NCBI GenBank assembly: GCA_003599625.1
Contig: QZIU01000008.1
Span: 1,690-65,689, forward strand
Length of the DNA stretch: 64,000 bases
Direction of reading: 5' to 3'
DNA from: Candidatus Parcubacteria bacterium
Lineage (GTDB): Bacteria > Patescibacteriota > Minisyncoccia > UBA9983
Both the position numbers and the translations under genes were made by a program. The notes under the pieces are model-generated. The model was given only the letters and a program-made list of their open reading frames with translations, did not search any database and was not told the DNA's origin. The stretch's first letter is position 1; every line of letters begins with the position of its first letter. This document shows positions 8,987 to 17,514 of the stretch, in pieces.

Positions 8987-9754
8987 ATGCCGAAGGAGCT
9001 TTTTAAAGGACAAAGCAAGATAAATATAATGGACAACATTAAAGACATATTCGATCACATTACGGACAGAACCCAAAAGCTAACAGCGGCTTTATATAGG
9101 GTTACTGACCTTTTGTCCGATAAAGAACCGTTGAAATGGACACTCAGGGACAAAGCGCTAGTAATTCATGATAATCTGGTGATCATTAGAAAGACAAAGG
9201 ACAAGAATGGTTTGATATTCGAATCCGTGGATTTGATATCCGCGGTAACGAGGTCTTTGGAACTTGCCGCTTATGGCGTTTGCGTCTCCAGCTTGAATTT
9301 CGAAATCTTGAAAAGAGAATATTCCAATTTAAAGAATTTCATAGAAGGGAAAAAAGAGGAGATCTCATACGATCCGGAACTTCTCTCGGGCATTTCCGCG
9401 TCGGAAAAAATCGAAGAAAAAAGCGTCAAAAATTTTACGGAAAAAAGGGAGAATTCAATACCGAAGGAAAGTCTCCGTCCGGCAGACCTATTCGCCAAAA
9501 GACCTGCTTTGACTCCCATTCAAATAGACCCCAAAAGCCGGAAGGGCAGGATATTGGATTTGCTTAAAGGCGGAGCGGGAAAAACTGTAAATGAAATAGC
9601 CTCCGTTTTCACGGGCGAGACTAGCGAAAAATCAATACAAAGGGATCTTTTGGATCTTGTTAAGCATAGGAAGGTTTTGGCGATCGGGGACAAAAGATGG
9701 CGCAAATACGAAATAATTAAAGAAAATACGAACCTCGAGGCGGCAAGCGTATGA
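8987..9754 (+). CDS. Hypothetical protein with a C-terminal winged-helix-like segment
   Basis: C-terminal GRILDLLKGGAGKTVNEIA...IQRDLLDLVKH resembles a wHTH. No other motif was found. Confidence 0.35.
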   Translation: MPKELFKGQSKINIMDNIKDIFDHITDRTQKLTAALYRVTDLLSDKEPLKWTLRDKALVIHDNLVIIRKTKDKNGLIFESVDLISAVTRSLELAAYGVCVSSLNFEILKREYSNLKNFIEGKKEEISYDPELLSGISASEKIEEKSVKNFTEKRENSIPKESLRPADLFAKRPALTPIQIDPKSRKGRILDLLKGGAGKTVNEIASVFTGETSEKSIQRDLLDLVKHRKVLAIGDKRWRKYEIIKENTNLEAASV

Positions 9755-9755
9755 T

Positions 9756-9784
9756 TTGACAAAAACTAAGCTTTGATGTATCAT
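9756..9784 (+). promoter_or_regulatory. Candidate sigma70-type promoter (TTGACA-17-TATCAT) at the head of a 480-bp leader upstream of the giant surface-protein gene
   Basis: Spacing and hexamers read directly. The long AT-rich leader 9785-10237 contains a gcggct...gccgc hairpin. Confidence 0.3.
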
Positions 9785-10237
9785 TTTAGGTCTGATTGAC
9801 CCTGTATTCCGTTTCTGCCATAATATGCCCTAGACTCTGATTTTATTAAGGAAACGCCCGGAACAATTCCGGAGTTATCCACAGTTATTATTTGCGCGAC
9901 TTTTTTTTGCGGTTTATAATAATATTTAATAATCAGAAAAATGAGAAACGGATAGGCAGCGATGATGGCCCGGAAGCGTGTCTGACCTTTGAAAATCAAA
10001 TAACGATGGATGCATTAAAGATCATGGAAAGAAATTGCTGAATTTCAGAATTGAAAACTTCAATTAGAATTCGATTGAACAGATTAATTAGATTATTGGA
10101 TAATTGCGCGAAATATTCGGTTTTGTCGAAATCGGATCAAATTCGCGCGAGAAGTAATTTCGCTTTCGGTCGCGGCTAATAAAAAGCCGCAACAAAGTTC
10201 ATGAAGGCGAAGTTATATTAAGAGATTAGAAAACATT

Positions 10238-13200
10238 ATGAATAATTTTAAGACAACTAAAGTTGGTAAAACAACTTCAGTTATCGTTGGCTTGGCAACA
10301 GCCGCCTGGTTGTCTGTCGGAGCTTTGGTAGCTCCTATGACGACTTTGGCCGCCACCACCGAAGAAACGATTGCTTCACTGTTGGCCCAGATCACGCAGT
10401 TGCAAGCCCAGCTCGCCTCGCTTCAGACCGGATCAACGGGAGGAAGCACCGCGACAAAGTGCTCATTCACACGATCATTGACCGTCGGGTCAAAGGGTGA
10501 GGATGTCACTTGTTTGCAAAAGTATTTGCAAACCACCGGTCATTACACCTTTTCAGGCGGAGCGACCGGATACTTCGGTTCTGTGACAAAGTCAGCCGTT
10601 GCCGCGTGGCAAGCCGCTAACGGAGTTTCTCCGGCAGCCGGTTACTTCGGTTCATTGTCGCAAGCCAAGTACAGCAGCTTGGTCTCGTCATCAAGCTCAT
10701 CTTCAGTTTCGTCAGTATCATCTTCTGTTTCATCCGGAGCTTCCTCATCGGCAAGCTCGGTCGCGACAGGCGAAGGATTGACGATATCAACCGCGACGCA
10801 ACCGGTTGCCACATTGGCAGTCGAGGGCGCGGCCAGACTTCCTTTCACCAAGGTCACTTTGACCGCCGGATCCCAGGATATCACAGTCACGGGAGTCACG
10901 GTTGAGAGGACCGGATTGGCCAATGATGCGGTTTTCGATGGAATCGTTCTCTTGGATGAGAACGGAGCCCAACTTGGAATCTCCAAGACATTGAATTCCG
11001 ATCACAAAGCTACAATAGGAGACACTGTTACTATAAAAGCCGGACAGTCAAAAACATTCACGGTAGCCGGAAACATGGATGATGACGGCAGCACCGCTAC
11101 CAATGCTTTGACTTCATACGCCGGTCAAGTCGCTTACCTTTCAGTGACCGGAGTTTCAACTTCAGCCACTGTTTCAGGAAGCCTTCCGATAACCGGAGCA
11201 GGACACACTATTAACTCCAGTTTGGCTATCGGCAGCGTCTCGAACGCTCGAGGATCTATTGATCCGGCCACCAGCCCGACAAAGCCTATCGGCACGACCG
11301 GTTACACTTTCTCGGCTGTTAAGTTCACCGCCGGTTCAGCTGAAAAGATCAAAGTCAAATCAATCAGGTGGAATCAGTCAGGTTCGGCCGCCACTTCAGA
11401 CTTGGCTAACGTCAAGACTTATATAGACGGCACAGCCTACGACACGACGGTTTCTTCAGACGGCAAATATTACACCGCCACATTCGGCGATGGCATAGTT
11501 GTCGACAAGGGAGGAAACATCGAGATCTCCGTTAAAGGAGACATTGTCGGAGGTTCAGGCAGAACGATAGACTTCGATATTTATAAGAATACCGATGTCT
11601 ATATAACGGGAGAGACTTATGGATATGGAATCACGGCTCCGAACGGAGGTTCAGATCCTGCAGATGATTCCAGTAATTTCAGCAGCACCAATCCTTGGTA
11701 CGATGCTTCACAGGTAGAAGTTTCAGCCGGAACGATTACCGTTACCAAAGCTACTTCAGTAGCCGCGCAAAATGTCGCGGAGAACGTAGCGAATCAGCCC
11801 TTGGGCGGATTCATCGTAGAAGTAAAGGGTGAGCCTATCTCGGCTAATAACTTGATCTTCAATTTCTTGATAACAGGAACAGGAGGTCAGGTAGCCGATA
11901 TAACAAATATTTCCCTTTATGACGAGAATGGCAGTGTAGTAGCCGGTCCGGCCGATGGCTCGGGGGCGGCCGCTTATGGAACAGTTACATTCTCTGATAC
12001 AGTTACTTTCCCAGTCGGAACAAAAACTTATACTTTGAAAGGAAAACTCGGAACAGACTTTGCTAACGATCAGACAGTAGTTGCTTCAACCACGCCTTCA
12101 TCCAACTGGTCAAACGTTACTGGTCAAACAACCGGTAACTCGATCACCGGAAGCTCGATTACTTCCTCGGTAGTAACGGGTAACACAATGACTCTGAAGA
12201 CCGCCGCTATGACGATCAGCGTCTCAAGCGACCCGGTCGCGCAGACAGTCGTTTCCGGAGCGCAAGGATTCACTTTCGCGAAATATGTCCTTGATGCCGC
12301 GGCCTCAGGAGAGGATGTAAAGTTCAGTTCGCTGCCTTTGGCTTATGAAATTTTCGGAGGTACAGCAACGAACGTTAACAACTGTATCCTTTACGACGGT
12401 TCAACGGCACTGAACACAGGTTCAAATGTGGTCAATCCTTCAGCCGCCGGTTCATCGACTTCATTCACCCTTGATTCAGCTTTCACTGTTTCAAAAGGAA
12501 CATCGAAGACTTTGACGCTCAAGTGCAACATTATTGCCGGAGCCACCGGGAATTATGCTTGGGGTTATGACAGCGGAGCTTCTCCGACAATCACTGGAGT
12601 TACTTCAGGCCAATCAGCCGGTTTAACTGAGAACGATTCAACCGGTCAAATGATGACCTTGACTGCAAATGGCACATTGACCGTTACCGCCAACACCTCG
12701 CTGAGCCCGGCCGCCAATGCGGTTGCCTCGGCTGGAACAAGCGGCGTTACCCTTGGAGTCATAGACTTCCACGCGGCTAATGAAGCTATCAATCTCACCA
12801 AACTTGGATTGACCCTTACCAACACGGCTTCAAGCTCGGCTTCCAACTTCACCACATCGGGAACGAACGGAGCCCACTTGACTTTGTGGGACGGTTCAAC
12901 CAAAGTCGGTTCTTTGACTCTTACCGGAGCCACTGGAACCTCGACTTTGACTTCAGACTTCATCATTCCTAAGGATGGAGACAAGACTTTGACCATCAAA
13001 GGAGATTTGTCTGACATCGGCACCAGCCAGGCTGGTACACAAGGAGCTTTGATCGCCGTCAATTATATTGGCGCGGGCAATGCTCAGGGTACAGGCCAGT
13101 CAAGCGGCGTGTCATTGACTTCAAGCTCAGGCGCGACATCATTGTCGTCAACCAGAGTCTTCAAGTCTTACCCGACAGTCGCCAGACTTTCAGGCATAGA

Positions 13201-13795
13201 GTCAACATTGGCGGGAACAACGGATGAAACAGTCATGGGCTTCAGTGTAACGGCCGACAGTAAAGGCAAGATTGCTTTGTACAAACTTGCTTTCAACGTC
13301 GCCACCACCGGAGTAACAGCCGATAGCTTGAATGTCTACGCTTACAACAGCTACAGCAGCGGCACATTCTCAAGCCCTGTTTCAGGAATCGGTTCAGGCG
13401 GAAAGATGTTGAATACGGATGCTGATTTGGAAACTCTCTGGGCGGCAGCTTCAACCGATATTGAGGTATATCCTCAAACAACGGCCGGAGCTTCAACGAC
13501 CATCGAGATAGCGGCTGGAGCCACGATGTACTTCAAAGTGGTTGCCACCATTACCGGGGTCGGTTCGGGAGATTCAATGACAGTGACCTTGAGAGGCGAC
13601 AACGCCTATCCTTCATTGGCCAATTTGATGGGTAACTATGTTAACATTGAAGCGGCTGGCACTGCTGCCAACAACTTCATCTGGTCTCCGAGAGCCACCA
13701 GCACGACAGTTTCGATCAACGATCTTGATTGGACGAACGGATACAATGTTGCATCGCTGCCTTCAAGCGGCATCTCATTCACCAAGTCCAAGTAA
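10238..13795 (+). CDS. Giant secreted/surface protein (1185 aa): signal/TM, coiled segment, peptidoglycan-binding-like domain, poly-Ser linker, long Thr/Ser/Gly-rich beta-rich repeat region
   Basis: Hydrophobic N-terminus. The PG_binding_1-like motif CLQKYLQ...GYFGSVTKSAVAAWQAANG is present. A 28-residue Ser-rich linker follows. Higher GC content and a repetitive T/S/G composition are typical of cell-surface/S-layer-like proteins. Confidence 0.8.
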   Translation: MNNFKTTKVGKTTSVIVGLATAAWLSVGALVAPMTTLAATTEETIASLLAQITQLQAQLASLQTGSTGGSTATKCSFTRSLTVGSKGEDVTCLQKYLQTTGHYTFSGGATGYFGSVTKSAVAAWQAANGVSPAAGYFGSLSQAKYSSLVSSSSSSSVSSVSSSVSSGASSSASSVATGEGLTISTATQPVATLAVEGAARLPFTKVTLTAGSQDITVTGVTVERTGLANDAVFDGIVLLDENGAQLGISKTLNSDHKATIGDTVTIKAGQSKTFTVAGNMDDDGSTATNALTSYAGQVAYLSVTGVSTSATVSGSLPITGAGHTINSSLAIGSVSNARGSIDPATSPTKPIGTTGYTFSAVKFTAGSAEKIKVKSIRWNQSGSAATSDLANVKTYIDGTAYDTTVSSDGKYYTATFGDGIVVDKGGNIEISVKGDIVGGSGRTIDFDIYKNTDVYITGETYGYGITAPNGGSDPADDSSNFSSTNPWYDASQVEVSAGTITVTKATSVAAQNVAENVANQPLGGFIVEVKGEPISANNLIFNFLITGTGGQVADITNISLYDENGSVVAGPADGSGAAAYGTVTFSDTVTFPVGTKTYTLKGKLGTDFANDQTVVASTTPSSNWSNVTGQTTGNSITGSSITSSVVTGNTMTLKTAAMTISVSSDPVAQTVVSGAQGFTFAKYVLDAAASGEDVKFSSLPLAYEIFGGTATNVNNCILYDGSTALNTGSNVVNPSAAGSSTSFTLDSAFTVSKGTSKTLTLKCNIIAGATGNYAWGYDSGASPTITGVTSGQSAGLTENDSTGQMMTLTANGTLTVTANTSLSPAANAVASAGTSGVTLGVIDFHAANEAINLTKLGLTLTNTASSSASNFTTSGTNGAHLTLWDGSTKVGSLTLTGATGTSTLTSDFIIPKDGDKTLTIKGDLSDIGTSQAGTQGALIAVNYIGAGNAQGTGQSSGVSLTSSSGATSLSSTRVFKSYPTVARLSGIESTLAGTTDETVMGFSVTADSKGKIALYKLAFNVATTGVTADSLNVYAYNSYSSGTFSSPVSGIGSGGKMLNTDADLETLWAAASTDIEVYPQTTAGASTTIEIAAGATMYFKVVATITGVGSGDSMTVTLRGDNAYPSLANLMGNYVNIEAAGTAANNFIWSPRATSTTVSINDLDWTNGYNVASLPSSGISFTKSK

Positions 13796-13810
13796 ACTAA
13801 CCATCTTGTG

Positions 13811-13874
13811 TCCCGCTTTTAGCGGGAGGTTAAGCGAAAACACCGCGCCCTATGGGCGCGGTGTTTGCTTTTGG
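13811..13874 (+). terminator. Tandem hairpin terminator after the surface-protein gene
   Basis: Hairpins tcccgcttttagcggga and aaacaccgcgccctatgggcgcggtgttt are followed by a T-run. Confidence 0.6.
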
Positions 13875-13907
13875 TCGCCTTTTTCCTTAAAATAAAACAA
13901 AAGCAAA

Positions 13908-14597
13908 ATGACCAAAAAAATTATTTTAATTACCTTATCAATTCTCCTGTTTGGATCGGTAGGCTTTTATATCAAAGAAAATATTAAAAACAGTAAGGAG
14001 GCAGCTCAAAAAAACGGCAACAAAACTCAGAATAATAATCCTGGCATAGTTGTTGAGGGAAACGGCAATTATGAGGTTAAAAAAATTGATTTGCCTAAAA
14101 ACTTCGAAAATATAGATAAAATTCCGATGCCTGATTTAGATAAGCCGATCATGGCTCTGCCTGGCGTTGATGATATAACTCTAAAATTCGCGACGGAAAA
14201 GATCAAAGAAGTAACAACCAGATTAAAAGCAAACAAATATTCTCTGGAAGATTGGTTGATCTTGGGAGTTCATCGCAAAACCATAGAAGATTACGAAGAA
14301 GCGAGGACAATATGGACATACGCCGGCCTTGCCTGGCCCCAAAATGAGAGATCTTTCCATAACCTCGGCGAGCTTTACGGATACTACTTGAAAGATTACA
14401 AAAAAGCCGAAGAAAATTACAAGAAAGCCTTAGAAAACAACCCTTCCGCCATTTATATTTACCGCAATTTTGCCGATTTCTACCGCTTTGTTATCAAAGA
14501 TAACACTAAAGCCAAAGCTATTCTTGAACAGGGCATTGCCGCCAACCCCGGCGAAGCTCCCCTCGACCTCCAAAATCTTCTCAAGGCCATAAAATAG
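13908..14597 (+). CDS. Membrane-anchored tetratricopeptide (TPR) repeat protein
   Basis: N-terminal TM helix followed by repeated W-LG-Y/A-F-P TPR-like 34-residue patterns. Confidence 0.65.
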   Translation: MTKKIILITLSILLFGSVGFYIKENIKNSKEAAQKNGNKTQNNNPGIVVEGNGNYEVKKIDLPKNFENIDKIPMPDLDKPIMALPGVDDITLKFATEKIKEVTTRLKANKYSLEDWLILGVHRKTIEDYEEARTIWTYAGLAWPQNERSFHNLGELYGYYLKDYKKAEENYKKALENNPSAIYIYRNFADFYRFVIKDNTKAKAILEQGIAANPGEAPLDLQNLLKAIK

Positions 14598-14608
14598 CTG
14601 TTCATAAT

Positions 14609-15146
14609 CTGTGTATAACTCATCCAACCCTGCCTACCGGCAGGCAGGCCGCCGGGTTGGAATTACCGATTTTCTAAGCTATAATCCCAGGCATGGGAAA
14701 TATTTACCATATCTTGAATCGGGGGGTTAATAAAGATCCGATTTTTCTCGGCACTAACGACTATTTGCGTTTTATCTACTGTCTTCATCGCTTCAACAAT
14801 CGCGGTCGCAGGCTTGGCGAAAGAGAAGATCCGAAGGAATACCTCAAAGACCCTCCTCCTCAAGACAAACTGGTCAATATTCTAAAGTGGAGCCTGATGC
14901 CGAATCATTATCATATTCTGGTTGAAGAAGTGGTCGAAGGAGGCGCGCTTAAATTCGTCCAGCGGGTTATCGCTGGTCTGATTATTTTTTAAGTGTTGGG
15001 AGCAGGGAGTTCCCGATGATAAGCGACAAAGAGGCCTTTTTTGAACTGTATGAAACCAACGAAGAAAAATATCTCGACAGCTTCCACGACTGGCTTGTGG
15101 AAAACCTGTGAACAACTCAGTCATGCCTGCCGGTAGGCAGGTTGGA
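14609..15146 (+). mobile_element. Minimal IS200/IS605-family-like element (~540 bp): Y1 HUH transposase gene bracketed by two REP-like subterminal hairpin sequences
   Basis: The left hairpin repeat lies at 14609-14662 and the right hairpin repeat at 15096-15146. Between them is a single tnpA-like ORF with a HUH motif. The size is typical of tnpA-only IS200 elements. Confidence 0.55.
14693..15111 (+). pseudogene. IS200/IS605-type Y1 (HUH) transposase, frameshifted near the T6 run at 14981-14990
   Basis: Frame 2 gives YHILNRGVNKDPIF...LMPNHYHILVEE (HUH motif). Frame 1 continues with DYFLSVGSRE...EEKYLDSFHDWLVENL, whose ~20-residue tail resembles the C-terminal end (…YIENQ-like) of this tnpA family. 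Whether a catalytic Tyr is retained was not verified. The two pieces are in different frames. Confidence 0.6.
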
Positions 15147-15266
15147 AAAGAGAATTTAACTTGTTTGGTTGTCAAAAATTCAAAATTTTGGCAAGTTGGG
15201 AAATAACCCTTTAGTAAAGGGTTATTTTTTTGTCAAAATTTTAGAAATATTTTATCTCGGTTTGGT

Positions 15267-15956
15267 ATGATAGAATTAATTAATCAAGTCTTATTCAAAA
15301 AAATGCTAAAGTTTATAAAATTAAATCTTACAAAAATAAAATACGCTGGCAATTCCGTTGGCCGTGATATTAGAGTAGAGATTGAAGCCTTTGGAAAATT
15401 TTTCCGAGTTGATAAAAGAATTAAAGCGGGAGAAGCAAAAAGTATTGATCAAGAAATCTTAAGATTAGAATCAGATCAGGATGTGTTGCAATCAGATCTT
15501 GCCATAGCAGTCATCGAAAAAGATTTATTGTTTAGCGATACCGGCGCGCTGAAAAGCAGCATTAAAATCGATGTTGCCTCGGAGAAGTCACAAATATTCA
15601 GGTTTAATGTGGAGGTAAAGGAAAGCCGTTCGCTGTTGAGCAAATTATTCTGGGGCGGCAGGAAAGCCGTTTTCGAACTTGAATTTGAAGCGATAATCGG
15701 AGATGTCGAGAGATATATCCCAAATACGAAGGATGGCTGGTTTTTGACATTGGATAATAAGGATGACAATGCGTCATTGCCGGAATATCTAAAGTTGATC
15801 TTAAGGTATGAAAAGGGTGGACGTGAATCTGGGTTGGTTTCTGCGGGCTGTATCTCTATTGCAGAAACTGAGCGGTGGATGGAAATATACCGCACTCTTA
15901 TCAAAGCGCGCAAAGGAGATAATAGAAGTGTCGGTGTTTTAAAGGTTGTTGATTGA
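15267..15956 (+). CDS. Hypothetical protein
   Basis: ORF only. Its start codon lies 121 nt downstream of the REP-like copy at 15096-15146 that ends the IS200-like element. Confidence 0.4.
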   Translation: MIELINQVLFKKMLKFIKLNLTKIKYAGNSVGRDIRVEIEAFGKFFRVDKRIKAGEAKSIDQEILRLESDQDVLQSDLAIAVIEKDLLFSDTGALKSSIKIDVASEKSQIFRFNVEVKESRSLLSKLFWGGRKAVFELEFEAIIGDVERYIPNTKDGWFLTLDNKDDNASLPEYLKLILRYEKGGRESGLVSAGCISIAETERWMEIYRTLIKARKGDNRSVGVLKVVD

Positions 15957-16749
15957 TATTTCTATGCCTGGAAAATCTTTTTCAAAAGCCATTGCAATGA
16001 TTTTTGGGATAATTATCGCAATTTCTTTTTTGGCATTTGCTCTGCGTTGGAATAAAAAAGAAGAGGTTTCTCAGGTGGCAAAGCAATTAAGTCTGCCAGT
16101 TATAAGCTGGAAAAAAATTACCATAGAGAAGGAACCAAAAAAGTTCTTAATAAGCTTAAGGGTTCCCGAGGTGGCTTTTTACACCAATGATTCCTTGGCC
16201 GAAAAAATTAACGAGGATGTTGATAGATATATCGGAGCATTGAAGGATACTTTTATTCGAGGTGTCATAACTGCCGCCGATGATAACGGGGAAGCAAGCA
16301 CTCTCAATATCGATACGGAAATATTGCTTATGTCACCGCGTTTGATTTCCCTGGCTTTTACATCATCAGACCATCTGTCTGGCGGCAAAGTCGGCGACCT
16401 CGAGCGAACATATCTTATTTTCGACCTTGAAAAGGGCGAAATGATGAGGGAGGGAAACGAACTGTTTCGCGATGATTTGGCTTGGGCGGAAGCGGTAAGA
16501 ATAATGAAGCCGCTGCTGCTTTCTAAATATGACGGAGAACCAAGCTGTGATCTGATGTTTGCCCCGAAACGGGAAGCTTTCTCGGCCTCTTGCATCGGAG
16601 TTGATTACAACAATGAAGATAAAGGTCCTTTTTCTATATTCGGAGATATCCCAATTTCCGCAATCCAAGAATTTGTCGCTCCATGGGCGTTAAAAGAGAT
16701 TTTCCAACCCGGCGGGTTGGATGAGTTATCCACAGGTTTTCCACAATAA
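15946..16749 (+). CDS. Hypothetical membrane-anchored protein (possibly DUF3298/RsiV-like extracytoplasmic domain)
   Basis: N-terminal TM helix. The last 12 codons are supplied by the inverted REP-like copy at 16702-16746. Confidence 0.35.
   Translation: MLIDISMPGKSFSKAIAMIFGIIIAISFLAFALRWNKKEEVSQVAKQLSLPVISWKKITIEKEPKKFLISLRVPEVAFYTNDSLAEKINEDVDRYIGALKDTFIRGVITAADDNGEASTLNIDTEILLMSPRLISLAFTSSDHLSGGKVGDLERTYLIFDLEKGEMMREGNELFRDDLAWAEAVRIMKPLLLSKYDGEPSCDLMFAPKREAFSASCIGVDYNNEDKGPFSIFGDIPISAIQEFVAPWALKEIFQPGGLDELSTGFPQ
16702..16746 (-). repeat. REP-like element copy in inverted orientation (contains TTATCCACA)
   Basis: The reverse complement matches ttgtggaaaacctgtggataactcatccaacccgccgggttgg. 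Confidence 0.7.
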
Positions 16750-16855
16750 GGGCTGCTTGCAAATTATGGACTTTAGAAAGATTTTATCTCGGTTTGGTAA
16801 GATGGAATCGTTTTTATTTTTACTTTTAAAATAACGACAAAAATGAGAAAATGAA

Positions 16856-17512
16856 TTGGAAGTCGAAATTAGAAAATTAAACAAATTTAAAATGAAACTT
16901 TTCAAAAAGATAATCATAAGAGCGGTATTGGTAATAGTCATTCTCTTTATTGGTCTGGTAATCTATCGCATTCCTCATGTGATAAAGAAAAGTAAAACAG
17001 AAGAATTGGTTGCAAAAATCCATAACACGAAACTCGTCATGGACGATGTGATGGGCAAGAATTTGCCGCCCGATCCGGGAATGGAAGCGGATAAGACGGT
17101 CCAAGGAATCGATGCAAACCAAAACGGCATCCGAGACGATGTGGAGTTGGCCATCTTCAAAGAATATCCGAATTCGGCCAAAACCAGGGCGGCGCTTTTG
17201 CAATATGCGTTGGCGTTGCAGATGGAGATGAGTCAGTCGTTTCTGAATACAGAAGTGGTGATTGCGGCGATACAGGAGGCAAGCAGAGCTAATATTTGTG
17301 TTGCCGATACTCTTGTACCAAGGAAAAGTCCTGAATCTGCGAGAGAATATTCCGACTTAGAGAAAATCGATAAATATATTGATTTTGTTGAAAAAAAGCA
17401 GCTTAACACGGATGAAAGAAAAAGATTTAGAAAAGAGTTTTATAAAAAAATTGGAAGTTATAACTCTTTGCCGCATGTTTGCGATATTGATTATTCGTTG
17501 CTAGTAAATTAG
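16856..17512 (+). CDS. Hypothetical membrane-anchored protein
   Basis: N-terminal TM helix. No conserved motif recognised. Confidence 0.4.
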   Translation: MEVEIRKLNKFKMKLFKKIIIRAVLVIVILFIGLVIYRIPHVIKKSKTEELVAKIHNTKLVMDDVMGKNLPPDPGMEADKTVQGIDANQNGIRDDVELAIFKEYPNSAKTRAALLQYALALQMEMSQSFLNTEVVIAAIQEASRANICVADTLVPRKSPESAREYSDLEKIDKYIDFVEKKQLNTDERKRFRKEFYKKIGSYNSLPHVCDIDYSLLVN

Positions 17513-17514
17513 GA

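Noticed and set aside
9781-9999. 72-aa minus-strand ORF in the long leader upstream of the surface-protein gene
   Set aside because: AT-rich intergenic region, no RBS, no motif. More likely a 5' UTR or promoter region.
13638-13895. 85-aa ORF overlapping the end of the surface-protein gene and its terminator
   Set aside because: Out-of-frame overlap with a well-supported gene. Spans the terminator hairpins.
14953-15111. Treating the transposase C-terminal frame as an independent gene
   Set aside because: It lacks a start codon in the right place, and its sequence is the natural continuation (YF-S-G motif, C-terminal tail) of the upstream HUH ORF. It is annotated as one frameshifted gene.
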